A stretch of 64,000 bases of DNA from an uncultured Nitrososphaerales archaeon (GCA_963706445.1 OY970160.1:896001-960000), one strand, 5' to 3'. Counted from the stretch's first letter, positions 39,368 to 49,734 are shown. Notes: generated by a model not told the origin, from the letters alone. A program made the numbers and translations.

Positions 39368-41131
39368 TCAGCTGGTGGCTTCGACCTTCTTCAGCTGCCT
39401 GTTGTACATGCTCACAATCTCCTCGACAGCGGTTGAGTCCTCGGGCCCTTTGTCGTCCCTTATCTTGCCCGTGAACTTTGGGAACCTAAGCGAGATCCCT
39501 GCGCCAGGTCTGATTATCCCCATGGCTGCGGTGTGGATGGGGGAAAGGGTAAGCTCCGCCGCTATGGTCTCGATCACCATGTGCGGCCTAAACCAGACGT
39601 CGGGGACCATGTTCGACTCGACCCCTGGCGGCTTGACGTGGCTCTCGAAGGGTTTCAGGAGCCTAGGGATCTTCTGGAGGTCCTCGTCTGAGAAGCCCGT
39701 CCCTATCTTTGCGATGCTCGTGAAGACGTTCCTCTTGTTGTCGTAGGTCGCAAGGAGATACGTCCCATAGGTCCCGGCCCTGCGGCCCTTGCCGTGGAAG
39801 GCACCGATGATGACGAAGTCTATGGTGTCGGTCAGCTCGCTCCTGTATTCGCGCTTGAGCTTGATCCAAGCGAACTCCCTCGCGCCTGCGCGGTATGTCG
39901 AGGCCGGGTCCTTGACGACGAGCCCTTCGCACCCGTTCCCTATCGCCTCTTCCATGAACTTCTCGATCTCGCCGGGGTCAGAGGTGGAGAGCGCAGGGAC
40001 GAGCTTGGTCCTCTCCGTCGCCTCGACCGTATCAATGAGTTTTTTCCGCCTAGCGGTGTACGGCTTCTCCGTCAGGTCTGTGGTCCCCGTCCGAAGGATT
40101 TCGAAGAAGTTCAGTGCCACGGGATAGTCGACCATGGCCTGCTCGACACCGTGCTTCCTCCTCCGATGCATCAGCTCCTGGAAGGGGAGATACTCCCCGG
40201 TGTCCTCGTTGATGGCGACAACCTCAGCTTCCAGGATGGCCACCTTTGTCTTGACATTTTTCCTGACCAGGTCAAGCACATCCGGATAGTGGCCGGTGAT
40301 GACCTCGAGCCTCCTCGAAAACAGCTTGACGTCGTTTCCGTTCTTATGGATCTGCAGGCGCTCCCCGTCGAGCTTGTACTCCGCCGTGACTACCTTGTCC
40401 CCCATCTTCTTCACGATGGCCTCTGCCGAGTTCAACCGCTCAGCGAGCATAGGGCGGATCGGCACGCCCACTTCCGCCCCGACCTTCTCAATCCCCTTCA
40501 TACCCTTTGCCGCAACACTGCTTACGATGAAGCCAAGGTCTGGGTGGACGTTGTACGCCCTTTCTATTGTGGACCTGGCCTCCTTCCCGCCGAGGAACGC
40601 CGTCGCCGCGGCATCGAGGACGGTATAATCGGCCACACCAAGGCGCAGCTCTCCTGTCACGCTCCGCATGATGAACTTGGCCTCCAGAGGGGTCGCGTCG
40701 TTGAGTAGCGACGCCAGCTCCTTCAGCTTCAATTCGATGGACCCCGACCCGCTCTGCCGTGCGATCTTGAGGAGCGTGTCGTACACCCTCTTGACCGTGA
40801 GACCCTCGCTGAACAAGGCCCCCTGGCTTTTCGTCTTCAGCAGCTCTTCAGCCACTGTCCCGATGTCGCCCAACTTGACGTAGGTCGAGTAGACCTTGTC
40901 CGCGTTGGCGCCCGTCGCCGTCGAGACGGCTCGCAGGGCGAGCTTCTCGGCGAGGCCCAACTCCACCCCTTCATAGTCGGGCCTGAGCTTGCCCTGGGTC
41001 ATGTAGACGAGGAGAGGAAGGTCAGCCTTCGGAGTGTCCCTAAGGAGTTCCGCCAGGACCTTCGTAATTTCGTTGCGCCCTGAGATGCGCTCGAGTTGGG
41101 CATATTTCTCGGCGACCACCGAATAATCCAA
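39368..41131 (-). CDS. lig: ATP-dependent DNA ligase
   Basis: EYKLDGER, EGLVVK, WIKLKREY, SLRFP; TTG start at 41131. Confidence 0.97.
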   Translation of the reverse strand: MDYSVVAEKYAQLERISGRNEITKVLAELLRDTPKADLPLLVYMTQGKLRPDYEGVELGLAEKLALRAVSTATGANADKVYSTYVKLGDIGTVAEELLKTKSQGALFSEGLTVKRVYDTLLKIARQSGSGSIELKLKELASLLNDATPLEAKFIMRSVTGELRLGVADYTVLDAAATAFLGGKEARSTIERAYNVHPDLGFIVSSVAAKGMKGIEKVGAEVGVPIRPMLAERLNSAEAIVKKMGDKVVTAEYKLDGERLQIHKNGNDVKLFSRRLEVITGHYPDVLDLVRKNVKTKVAILEAEVVAINEDTGEYLPFQELMHRRRKHGVEQAMVDYPVALNFFEILRTGTTDLTEKPYTARRKKLIDTVEATERTKLVPALSTSDPGEIEKFMEEAIGNGCEGLVVKDPASTYRAGAREFAWIKLKREYRSELTDTIDFVIIGAFHGKGRRAGTYGTYLLATYDNKRNVFTSIAKIGTGFSDEDLQKIPRLLKPFESHVKPPGVESNMVPDVWFRPHMVIETIAAELTLSPIHTAAMGIIRPGAGISLRFPKFTGKIRDDKGPEDSTAVEEIVSMYNRQLKKVEATS

Positions 41132-41230
41132 CGGCCGAAGGTCGAGCCTCCAGTTAATCTCCTTTTGCGGGAGTGGGTCCCTACGCCCCAAGATTTTTTA
41201 GCTTAGGGCGCCCCACGCAGGCCAGAGTTC

Positions 41231-41923
41231 TTGTCCGAACGGCATCCAAGTTATTCCGTTTGCATGACCACGAAGAATGACCGGTCTACGGTGAGGGCCG
41301 CCCTAGATGCGCTCCTGGCCAATACTAGCAGGAGCGACACCGAAATCGTTATCGTCGACGCTGAGAGCACGGACGGACAGCTTCCAATCCTAAAGGAGTA
41401 CGCGGACAATGGTCTCGTGAAGCTGATTGTCAAGCAGTGCAACAGGGGGGAAGGGAGGCAAATCGCTTTTCTCGAGTCATCGGGGGACTACGTCATCTCC
41501 GGGGTCGACACGGACGACGTCATAGGTCCGGAGCTTGGGAAGCTCCTTGAACTATACCATAGGGAATATGAAGGCTCGGTCCTCAAAGCCGCTGGAGTCA
41601 CAATCGCTCCAAGGAAGGCGGTCGATTCTCTTGGAGGTTGGAGACCCCTTTGGGGTGGAGAGGACTTCGACTTCTGGAAGAGGGCAGAAGCAGCGGGGCT
41701 ACTTCGCGAGTCGTCCATTAACCCGTATTCGTCCAGAGTGAGGCGCCGCCACAGCGTCACGCATACTCTGCGGCTGCTTTGGAGATACGCCGACCAGGGG
41801 AGGGCCCCCAAACTCTCCTGGAAGTGGGAGCCGGCCTGGGCCCTTATCCGAGCCGCGCACTTCGTCGCCGCTCTTGGGAGGCAGAAACGGAGCACAACCA
41901 GAGAATCCCCGAGAAACCCTTAA
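41231..41923 (+). CDS. GT2 family glycosyltransferase
   Basis: SVCMTTKN, VDAESTDG, RGEGRQ, VDTDD, GEDFDF. Confidence 0.8.
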   Translation: MSERHPSYSVCMTTKNDRSTVRAALDALLANTSRSDTEIVIVDAESTDGQLPILKEYADNGLVKLIVKQCNRGEGRQIAFLESSGDYVISGVDTDDVIGPELGKLLELYHREYEGSVLKAAGVTIAPRKAVDSLGGWRPLWGGEDFDFWKRAEAAGLLRESSINPYSSRVRRRHSVTHTLRLLWRYADQGRAPKLSWKWEPAWALIRAAHFVAALGRQKRSTTRESPRNP

Positions 41924-41955
41924 TTGCGCCGCCCGATGGGACAAGTTGGAAACGC

Positions 41956-42297
41956 ATGGGCGGAGTCAAGAAGAAATCGATGGCGTCGATGGAGAAGTCA
42001 CAGGATTCTCAGGATACAGCTCAGGAGCAGGCGGGACCTACAAAGGGCAAGAAGACGAAAGAGAAGGCGGCTCCTCAGCAGAAGAGGCAGCTGGCCTTTC
42101 TACTACCGAAGCTGAGCGACGCCGACCTCCTGAAGAGCCTCGCCCCATTGAAGGCGATAACAGTCACCGCCGCTTCCAGGGCTCTCGGCGTGAATGCTTC
42201 CATCGCTTCGGGGGTTTTGAATGACCTCGAAGGAAAATCCATGCTGGTTCGCGCTGGGGGCTTCAGCGGCCACGGCGTCTGGACAGTAAGGTCGTAG
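41956..42297 (+). CDS. rps25e: 30S ribosomal protein S25e
   Basis: MGGVKKK start; winged-helix KAIT...ALGVNASIA...L. Confidence 0.8.
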   Translation: MGGVKKKSMASMEKSQDSQDTAQEQAGPTKGKKTKEKAAPQQKRQLAFLLPKLSDADLLKSLAPLKAITVTAASRALGVNASIASGVLNDLEGKSMLVRAGGFSGHGVWTVRS

Positions 42298-42299
42298 TC

Positions 42300-42710
42300 C
42301 TAGACAGACGGCATCTCGTTAGCTGTCAACTTTACGACGTCTCCTCTGGTTATCGAGTCGAACGCATCCATCCCCGACTCCACCTTGCCTACCGGGTTGA
42401 GCGGGCGGTCGCTTTTCGCATCTCCAAGGAACACACACAACAGACTCCCCGACGGGAGGAAAGCGACGTCCCCCCTTGCGAACAGGGTCCTGGGTTTTTC
42501 CACACCCACCCTGAGTTCAGTGAGGAGGCAGACCATGGCCGGCTGGAGGTTCACACGGCTGTTGAACGGGAGGCTCCTGAGGATCGCGCTTACCGTCAGA
42601 GGTGCGAGATGGCGGTAGAGGGAGACGACTCCTTGGCCTTTGCCGCCCACCGTTGCCGTGCAGTCCACCTTGGAGACTGAGCCTGCCGAAGGGGCGGCCT
42701 GGGTTGACAT
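42300..42710 (-). CDS. Cyclophilin-like fold protein
   Basis: LAPLTV..I.RSLP, GDVAFLPSG.LCVFLG, NPVGKV. Confidence 0.75.
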   Translation of the reverse strand: MSTQAAPSAGSVSKVDCTATVGGKGQGVVSLYRHLAPLTVSAILRSLPFNSRVNLQPAMVCLLTELRVGVEKPRTLFARGDVAFLPSGSLLCVFLGDAKSDRPLNPVGKVESGMDAFDSITRGDVVKLTANEMPSV

Positions 42711-42903
42711 CTGCGTCCCCTCCGACGGCGACCCTTAATCTGCTTTGGGGCTTGGAATCCGACGGAGAGGCCCCTCCGGGCGACGCGAGGCTGAAAAAAT
42801 CCCGTCCTAGACAAAATCACCCTCCGGCGGTTCCTAAAATGGCCTGATTCGAGGAAAAAGACTTAACTCCCGAGACCCGTGGGCGAAGCATCTCCGAGGC
42901 CCT

Positions 42904-43197
42904 TTGATGTCCCCTGCAAAGACAGTGAGAAAAGCGAAGCTTCCGTCCCTGTCCGACTTCGTGATCAAGATAGGTCCTCCGAAGCTCACCCGCTTCGAAA
43001 GGGCGCGCATCGTAGGCGCGAGGTCGCTTCAGATTGCCATGGGCGCACCTGCCTTCATCCCCATGGAAGGGCCGTACCGGGGACCCATTGAGACAGCAAT
43101 GCTCGAGATGGAGGCCGACGCGCTTCCCATATCCATCAGAAGGTCCCTCCCGAACGGGATAACCCAGGACATCCCCATCAAGGCACTCTCAAAATAG
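42904..43197 (+). CDS. rpoK: DNA-directed RNA polymerase subunit K (Rpo6)
   Basis: LTRFERARIVGARSLQIAMGAP...LPISIRR. Confidence 0.95.
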   Translation: MMSPAKTVRKAKLPSLSDFVIKIGPPKLTRFERARIVGARSLQIAMGAPAFIPMEGPYRGPIETAMLEMEADALPISIRRSLPNGITQDIPIKALSK

Positions 43198-43210
43198 CAG
43201 CGTCTAGGTC

Positions 43211-44125
43211 TTGGCCCGCGTCAGGGTGTTTGTGACAGATTCCCTCCCCCCGGAGGCGACGTCCGTCTTGGCCGGCTACGATGTAATCGAGAAAGAAGCG
43301 GACGATGCTACCCTCTCCGCTTGCGACGCTCTGATCTGTTGGCCGAGAAGGGCTGACGCCTACCTGCTCAAGAAAATGAAAGGGCTCCGTATGGTGCAGA
43401 CTATGTCAGCCGGGGTGGACGCCCTCGATTTCAGAGTGGTTCCTCCAGGGGTGCCGGTCTTCTCGAACGCGGGAGCGTATACCCCCGCGGTGGCAGAGCA
43501 CGCCTGGGGGTTGCTCCTCGGAGCGGCGAAGGGCATCCATCTCAGGAACCAAAAGTCGACCCCGCGGGCCTTTAGGGGAAAGACGCTCTTGATCGTCGGA
43601 GGAGGGTCAATCGGCTCCGAAGTGGCGAGGCTGTCGAAGTCCCTCGAGATGAAGACCATCGGGCTGTCGAGGACATTCAGATCCCCGGAGTTCTACGACG
43701 AGATGCACCCGCTGTCAGCGTTGCCGGGATACATGGCGAGGGCTGACGCGGTCGTGATTGCGCTCCCCTTGACAAAGGCCACGAATGGCATCGTCGCCTA
43801 TGATGCGCTGTCGAAAGCAAGAGAGAAGGTGGTTATTGCCAACGTCGGGAGGGGAGAGACAGTGAACGAAGAGGACCTGATCAGGTGGCTGAAGGAAAGG
43901 CCCGAGAGCCGCTTCGCCACCGATGTCTTCTGGAAAGTGGACGGGAAGGAGTCGTTTTCGACGAAGGCATGGGATCTCCCGAACTTCACAGGGACCCTTC
44001 ACATCTCCGGGGTCCCGGTCGGGGAAGAGCTTGTGGGAGCCAAGGTGGCCGCGGCCTGGAATGTCAAGAGGTACTTCGAGTCGGGCGCTGCACTCAACAG
44101 GGTCGACGTCGCAGAGTACGTCTGA
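43211..44125 (+). CDS. D-2-hydroxyacid dehydrogenase family protein
   Basis: SAGVD, NAGAY..AVAEH, GGGSIG, NVGRG, TLHISG. Confidence 0.9.
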   Translation: MARVRVFVTDSLPPEATSVLAGYDVIEKEADDATLSACDALICWPRRADAYLLKKMKGLRMVQTMSAGVDALDFRVVPPGVPVFSNAGAYTPAVAEHAWGLLLGAAKGIHLRNQKSTPRAFRGKTLLIVGGGSIGSEVARLSKSLEMKTIGLSRTFRSPEFYDEMHPLSALPGYMARADAVVIALPLTKATNGIVAYDALSKAREKVVIANVGRGETVNEEDLIRWLKERPESRFATDVFWKVDGKESFSTKAWDLPNFTGTLHISGVPVGEELVGAKVAAAWNVKRYFESGAALNRVDVAEYV

Positions 44126-44208
44126 GACACCTGCCTCGATAGAACTCGCATCTCCCCCACAGCGGTTAAATACGCGTCTAAGCGGCGATGCCGAATAAGG
44201 TCAGACAT

Positions 44209-44577
44209 ATGCCAAGAACAAAGAAATCCGACACAAACGCATCAGAGGAGCCAAAGGCTGCAGAACAGGCCACAGCACCAGCACCACAGAGCCAGCCTCA
44301 GCAGAGGTCAGCGCCTTACAACCACATCTTCGTCGGCCAGAAGCCAGTGATGAACTACGCGATGAGCGCACTCATCCAGCTTACCCAGGCCGGTGAAGTG
44401 ACCGTGAAGGCGAGAGGGATGGCAATCAGCAGAGCTGTCGACGTCGCAGAAATCGTCACAAAGCGGCTGGGCAACGGCGTGTTCAAGGTCAAGGACATCG
44501 GCATAAGCACCGAGGTCGTTGGCGAAGGCTCAGAGCAAAGGAACATCTCCTCGATCGAAATAGTCGTCGGGAAATAG
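44209..44577 (+). CDS. albA: DNA/RNA-binding protein Alba with low-complexity N-terminal extension
   Basis: IFVGQKPVMNY, KARGMAISRAVDVAEI, ISSIEI; start at 44209 or 44188. Confidence 0.93.
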   Translation: MPRTKKSDTNASEEPKAAEQATAPAPQSQPQQRSAPYNHIFVGQKPVMNYAMSALIQLTQAGEVTVKARGMAISRAVDVAEIVTKRLGNGVFKVKDIGISTEVVGEGSEQRNISSIEIVVGK

Positions 44578-44615
44578 AACAAACCCACCTATAGAAATCA
44601 GTTGGTTGCACGAGG

Positions 44616-44891
44616 CTAGCGAGAGCTGAGCCTCGCTCTCAGCGGAGAGGCCGAGCAGAGAAGGAGCTTCTGGCTCCTGCTCATCTTTTTGATCTCCCAC
44701 TCGCGTCGCAGGGCGCTCCCTCGGTCATGCGCCTTTTCGGCGAATTTCAGTTCGACAGGAAGCCTCGAACGTGTGTATTTCGATCCCTTCCCTGCGTTAT
44801 GTTCGGACAGCCTGCGGATCAGATTGTCGGTCGCGCCCGTGTACAGGGAACCGTCGGAACATTTCAGGATGTATACCAGGTAGCCGCCCAC
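44616..44891 (-). CDS. GIY-YIG nuclease (UPF0213-like)
   Basis: VYILKCSDGSLYTG.TDNL.RRL.EHNAG.GSKYTRSR.PV; GTG start at 44891. Confidence 0.9.
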   Translation of the reverse strand: MGGYLVYILKCSDGSLYTGATDNLIRRLSEHNAGKGSKYTRSRLPVELKFAEKAHDRGSALRREWEIKKMSRSQKLLLCSASPLRARLSSR

Positions 44892-45050
44892 GTCGGACCA
44901 TCGGTCGTCGCTGCTTAGAATGATTCCGCAAGAAGGCGACAGACTCTTGATGATCGATGGGGCGGACACATTCACATTTTTGTCCAAGAATTTTTTTCTC
45001 TCGGGGATAATCTTATAAGAGAAATTCCTCGGCGTTCAATTAACAAAAAG

Positions 45051-46370
45051 TTGGTCGACACTCGCACACAGCCCGCATCAAGAGCGGGTGTTGTGGCGCC
45101 GAGGTTTTCAGAAGCAGATCTATACAGCCTAGCAGAAAAGTACGGCACGCCGTACTTCCTGGTAGATGAAGCGACGCTGAGGAGGAAGGTCACGGACATG
45201 GAGCAGGCCTTCTCCGAATTCAAGGGCGTCTACAGGGTTGCATATTCAGTCAAAGCGAATTTCAACCCGTCTGTCATCAGGACCTTCGCCACCGAAGGGA
45301 TACTGTTCGACCTTACCGCTCCGAGCGAGCTCTACTTCATACTGAAATCGGGGGGCTCGGCCGAGAACGTGATGTACACCAGCATCACAGAGACGACCTC
45401 CGAATACGAAGAGATCCTGAAGATGGGGGTCCGGAAGGTAGTGGTGGCAAGTTACAACGGGCTCCTCAACCTGGCAGAAGCAGCGGGACGAGCCAACGTC
45501 ATGGTGGAGACGATGATCAGGGTGAACCCCGAGGTCCATGTACACGCGGAGCTGCGTGGGTCCATGGGGCACGGCAAGTTCGGGCTTCAGTTCAATGGTG
45601 GAAGCCAGGACAGCGCCTTCTACGTGCTCAAGAAGCTCCTCGGCACCCCCGGCCTGAAGTTCGAAGGGTTCCACTTCCATCTGGGGAGCCAGATCGAGGA
45701 CCCATCCTGCTACGGCGAGGCGATCGAGAAGTTGGAAGCATTCATCCTAGACGCCAGGAGGCAGCTCGGGGACTTCCCTGTCAGGACCCTTGACATGGGG
45801 GGCGGACTGCCGGCACCCTATGGCCGGAAGGTGCCGACGCCCAAGGACCTGGCATCGAAGATCGTCGGGCAGCTGAACAGCCTGGTAGAAAGCATCGGAG
45901 AGAAGTTCACACTGGTTTCCGAGAGCGGGAGGTATCTTACGGCGGAGTCGACTGTCCTGGTCTGCAGGGTGGTGAACACGAAGAGCTTCGGGGAGAGCAA
46001 GTATGTCTACGTGGACGCGGGGTATCACGTGCTCCTCGACTCGGCTCTTCTGCGTCACGAGTACCCGGTAGAAGTTGTCCCCGGAGGGAAGCAGTCTCCC
46101 CAGAAGGTGGTCCTCGTCGGGAGGCTCTGCGACCCCTTGGACGTCTTTCCCACCTCAAGCAGGTCGAAGCTCGGAGGCGCGGAGTCCGGCAAGCTGGTCA
46201 TGTTCAGAGATGTGGGCGCTTACTCGATCGTCATGAACATGCCATTCCACAGCCAGCCCAAGCCGTACGTTATCATGAGGAACGGCCAAGGGAACTACTC
46301 GGTGGCCCGCAAGGGGCAGACAGTCGACCGCCTATTCATGGATGAGGGCGGGGACTCGCTGGCAGCCTAG
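45051..46370 (+). CDS. Fold-type III PLP decarboxylase (LysA/ornithine-arginine decarboxylase family)
   Basis: YSVKAN, KFG, HFHLGSQ, DMGGG, ESGRY, GRLCDPLD, GAYS. Confidence 0.85.
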   Translation: MVDTRTQPASRAGVVAPRFSEADLYSLAEKYGTPYFLVDEATLRRKVTDMEQAFSEFKGVYRVAYSVKANFNPSVIRTFATEGILFDLTAPSELYFILKSGGSAENVMYTSITETTSEYEEILKMGVRKVVVASYNGLLNLAEAAGRANVMVETMIRVNPEVHVHAELRGSMGHGKFGLQFNGGSQDSAFYVLKKLLGTPGLKFEGFHFHLGSQIEDPSCYGEAIEKLEAFILDARRQLGDFPVRTLDMGGGLPAPYGRKVPTPKDLASKIVGQLNSLVESIGEKFTLVSESGRYLTAESTVLVCRVVNTKSFGESKYVYVDAGYHVLLDSALLRHEYPVEVVPGGKQSPQKVVLVGRLCDPLDVFPTSSRSKLGGAESGKLVMFRDVGAYSIVMNMPFHSQPKPYVIMRNGQGNYSVARKGQTVDRLFMDEGGDSLAA

Positions 46371-46407
46371 AAAACGTTCAAAGGAGGTTTAGCCATGGGA
46401 ACGACCG

Positions 46408-47016
46408 TTGAAGCCTGGTGCTACGATGGGCGAGTTCAGGGCCAAAGACGGTAGGCGCTTTACTCTACGGTCGATGAGGACATCCGACCTGGACCCGATG
46501 CTGTCATTCGCCAACACCCTAGTCAAGGAGAAAAGGCACAACCGGGAGCTGGGGGTGTCGTCATTCGACAAGAGAATTTCCCGGCAGTTCGAACAGGACT
46601 TCGTCCGAAAGATGATCCATGCAATGCGGAAAAGGGAGTCGATGGCTCTGCTGGTATGGTCCGACGGAGATCTAATCGGGCTCTGCTCGATTTCCAGGGG
46701 CAAGCAGTCTGATCTTCATCACACGGGCACTTTGGGGATAGTCATCAGCGAGGGGTTTAGGGGAGTCGGCGTGGGCGAGCGACTCATGTCCGAGGTCCTT
46801 CGGGAAGCAAAACGCATGGGGATCTGGCTTGTGGAGCTGGAGGTGCTCGCCATCAACGATAGGGCGAAGCGGCTCTACGAAAAGGTCGGCTTCAAGACGG
46901 TCGGGGTTGTGCCCAACAAGATACTGAGGGATGGGAAGAGCATTGACATCGTCGCGATGTACGCTGACCTCAGGGGAACCGATAAATCCGGCCCGCCACG
47001 GCGCCGGCGAAGTTGA
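46408..47016 (+). CDS. GNAT family N-acetyltransferase
   Basis: FRGVGVG, NDRAKRLYEKVGF. Confidence 0.9.
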   Translation: MKPGATMGEFRAKDGRRFTLRSMRTSDLDPMLSFANTLVKEKRHNRELGVSSFDKRISRQFEQDFVRKMIHAMRKRESMALLVWSDGDLIGLCSISRGKQSDLHHTGTLGIVISEGFRGVGVGERLMSEVLREAKRMGIWLVELEVLAINDRAKRLYEKVGFKTVGVVPNKILRDGKSIDIVAMYADLRGTDKSGPPRRRRS

Positions 47017-47579
47017 CCCTCGAAGTCATCATCGGACCGATGTTCTCCGGCAAGACTTCTGAGCTTATCCGCCTCGTGGAGAGGGAAGTATATGCGAAGA
47101 GGAAGGGCGCCATCTTCAAGATAGCGTTCGACAAGCGGTACAGCGCACGTCAGGTGGTGACGCACAACGGTCTGCATTACGACGCATACACAGTCGCATC
47201 GTCAGCGGAAGGCCTCAGGAAGATCGAGGAACTGGCTTCGAAGGGAGGACTGGACGCCATTGGGATCGACGAAGTCAATTTCTTCCCGGATGAACTGGTG
47301 GGCGTGCTCGACAGGCTCGCCGACACGAAGAAGGTGATCGCTTGCGGGCTCAATCTCAACTTCAGAGCGGAGCCCTTCAAGACGACAATGGAACTGGCTG
47401 CCCGGGCGGACCGAGTCCAGTACCTCAGTGCCGTCTGTGTCGTCTGCGGCCGGGAGGCGACGAGGACCCAGCGTCTCATCGGAGGGAAGCCTGCGCCGAA
47501 GGACTCCCCGACCATCGTTGTCGGTGGCAAGGAAATGTACGAGCCGAGGTGCAGAAACTGCTATGCTCCCCCCGAATAG
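47013..47579 (+). CDS. tdk: Thymidine kinase
   Basis: GPMFSGKT, IGIDE, CVVCG..ATRTQR, YEPRCRNC. Confidence 0.95.
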   Translation: MTLEVIIGPMFSGKTSELIRLVEREVYAKRKGAIFKIAFDKRYSARQVVTHNGLHYDAYTVASSAEGLRKIEELASKGGLDAIGIDEVNFFPDELVGVLDRLADTKKVIACGLNLNFRAEPFKTTMELAARADRVQYLSAVCVVCGREATRTQRLIGGKPAPKDSPTIVVGGKEMYEPRCRNCYAPPE

Positions 47580-47640
47580 CGGGCCATGGGAATTATTGAT
47601 ATCCGCCAGAGTAGGGCGTGGGTGGAGGGGAGTCATCAAG

Positions 47641-48411
47641 TTGGCCCTTGAACCGAAGGACGAGTCAGGCAGGCCGTATCATATCCGGCTTTCGAAGAGA
47701 GACGTGGGCAGGGTAGCGTTCCTACCTGGAGACCCGGGGAGGGTCCCCAGGATTGCCGAGAGGTTCCAGGGAGCGAAGGACTTGGGTTCGCACCGGGAGT
47801 ACAGGGCGTTCGGAGGTAGGATAGGGTCTGAGAAGGTGGTCGCTGTCAGCACGGGGATTGGGGGCCCTGCGGCTGCCATCGCCATCGAAGAGCTGGCGAG
47901 GCTGGGCGTGGAGGTGATGATCCGGGTCGGGACATGCGGGGCCATAACCCCCTCAGTAGGGGTGGGCTCGATAATAATCGCCGACGCAGCGGTTAGGATG
48001 GATGGGACGAGCACCCAGTACGTGCCTTTGGGGTACCCGGCGGCGGCAACCCCCGGAGTTGTCATGGCCCTCAGCGAGTCGGCGAAGTCTCTTCGCGTGA
48101 AGTCCGCCATCGGGATCACCGCGTCCACGGACGCGTTCTACGTCGGCCAGGGGCGGAAGTCTTTCGGCGGGTTCCTCCCTTCCGACAAGGCGCACCTTGT
48201 GGACGAGATGCTCGCGGCGAAGGTCCTATGCTTCGAGATGGAGTCTGCGACACTCTTTACCCTCGGCAGGGTCTTCGGGCTGAAGACGGGAGCAGTCTTC
48301 GCAGTCGTGGGGAACAGGGCGACGGACAAGTTCAAGCTCGAGGCGGGAGTGGACGACGCCATTGACGTCGCAGTGGAAGCCGTCAGGCGCCTGAAGAAGC
48401 ATTCCGTCTGA
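47641..48411 (+). CDS. udp: Uridine/nucleoside phosphorylase
   Basis: PYHI, LPGDPGR, STGIGGP, RVGTCG, FYVGQGR, FEMESA; TTG start at 47641. Confidence 0.9.
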   Translation: MALEPKDESGRPYHIRLSKRDVGRVAFLPGDPGRVPRIAERFQGAKDLGSHREYRAFGGRIGSEKVVAVSTGIGGPAAAIAIEELARLGVEVMIRVGTCGAITPSVGVGSIIIADAAVRMDGTSTQYVPLGYPAAATPGVVMALSESAKSLRVKSAIGITASTDAFYVGQGRKSFGGFLPSDKAHLVDEMLAAKVLCFEMESATLFTLGRVFGLKTGAVFAVVGNRATDKFKLEAGVDDAIDVAVEAVRRLKKHSV

Positions 48412-49639
48412 GAGGGCCCCGGATGACCGTTCCGAGGACGTCCCTTCCCTTGAGATGCCCAAGCGATCCTCGCAGGGAGTTCGCCTCGCTAAACCTCATC
48501 CCATCCCCCTTCGATTCAGATGATATCAACAGCGGCACCGGGTCGGCCGAGTGCCTCTTCAAAGTGCAGGGTGTGGCATGGTCGCACGAGACCCCGAGCC
48601 GAACCTCCCCTATCCTAGGGGCCACGGTCGAGAAGAACTCCTTGTCGATTGCCTCGATGTTCTTCCTCTTTCCCTTCGCGTCCCCGTCGTGCCCGAACTC
48701 GTCGGGACCTTTGATGTGCACATAGACCACCGTCCCCTCCTTGAGTTCGGATGAAAAGAGGGACGCCTTCTCTCTGTTGTCCTTCCTGTCCTTGATCTTG
48801 ACCATCTTCATCTTCAGAAGCTTCGCGATTCCCACCTCCGCGGGCATCTCCACAAGGGCAGTCCCCGGCATCCCGTACTTCTCCTCGAAAGACGGGAGCT
48901 TTGGCAGGTGGTCCCCGGCGTCCCGGAGGAGGACGAGGTTGGCGGGGAGCTTCCCAGCCCTCACACGCTCCTCGTTGACCTCGCTCGAACTCAGTGCCCT
49001 CTGCGCCTTGGCCGTGAATTCGTTCACCAACCTGGCGGCTCTTTTGGCGGATTCTTCCTGCGATTCTGGCACAGATTTCATCACCTTCTCTGGGCCCTCG
49101 GATTCCTTGGCTGCACCGAATCCTCCGACGCGGGCATAGGCTGGGTCGGTGTTGGTGATGGCGGCAGAAAGAGGGGAATCGGCCCTGATGAGGAGGACCC
49201 CCCTGTAGGAAATCGTTGCCTTGAATTCGAACTCGGCGCCGGTCAACTCTACCTTGTTCAGATCCTCGGCTAGCTCTTCTGCCTCCTCCTGGGTGAGGTT
49301 CCTCCCTGCGCGTCTATCGACTATCCTGTCCCCCGCCCCGGAAGCCAGGTTCGCCCTCAGTGCAAGGTCCCCGTCGCGGACCTGGAACCCGGCGCCCACA
49401 GCCTCGACAACCCCTCTACCGGGGTAGCCCTTCTCGAAGGCGTACCCCAGCATGTTAAAGACGGCGATGTCGGATTCGGGCGCGACTCCCTCTCCCACCG
49501 TCGTGACGTTCCCTAGGACCGACTTTGCGGCTATCCTGTCAAGACACGGGGTGTAAGCTGACTCGAGAGGGGTGGTGTAGTTCAGAGAAGGGACAGGCCT
49601 GTCCCCGCACCCGTCAAGCAGAACGTACCCGATCTTCAT
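48383..49639 (-). CDS. apgM: 2,3-BPG-independent phosphoglycerate mutase (archaeal type)
   Basis: LDGCGDRP, PESD, HIKGPDEFGHDG, DHATP, HSADPVP. Confidence 0.93.
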   Translation of the reverse strand: MKIGYVLLDGCGDRPVPSLNYTTPLESAYTPCLDRIAAKSVLGNVTTVGEGVAPESDIAVFNMLGYAFEKGYPGRGVVEAVGAGFQVRDGDLALRANLASGAGDRIVDRRAGRNLTQEEAEELAEDLNKVELTGAEFEFKATISYRGVLLIRADSPLSAAITNTDPAYARVGGFGAAKESEGPEKVMKSVPESQEESAKRAARLVNEFTAKAQRALSSSEVNEERVRAGKLPANLVLLRDAGDHLPKLPSFEEKYGMPGTALVEMPAEVGIAKLLKMKMVKIKDRKDNREKASLFSSELKEGTVVYVHIKGPDEFGHDGDAKGKRKNIEAIDKEFFSTVAPRIGEVRLGVSCDHATPCTLKRHSADPVPLLISSESKGDGMRFSEANSLRGSLGHLKGRDVLGTVIRGPLRRNASSGA

Positions 49640-49734
49640 TTTCCGCGCAGGTGTCGAAGGACGACTGCATTTCTCCCTTTCGCGGCCTCCAAGTTGCAAA
49701 GCTAATATCCTGACCCAGTCTCGATGGCGCGCCC

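Noticed and set aside
44209-44577. Alba GKKP->GQKP as a modification-mimic at the Lys16-equivalent position
   Set aside because: This position varies among archaeal Alba proteins; nothing supports a special meaning.
44616-44891. GIY-YIG nuclease as a homing endonuclease or mobile element
   Set aside because: It is the short stand-alone UPF0213-type domain, with no intron, intein, terminal repeats or DNA-binding extension.
44900-45050. Possible C/D box sRNA or riboswitch upstream of the decarboxylase (TGATGA; palindrome TCTTATAAGA)
   Set aside because: No CTGA D box at a suitable distance; the palindrome coincides with a likely TATA box.
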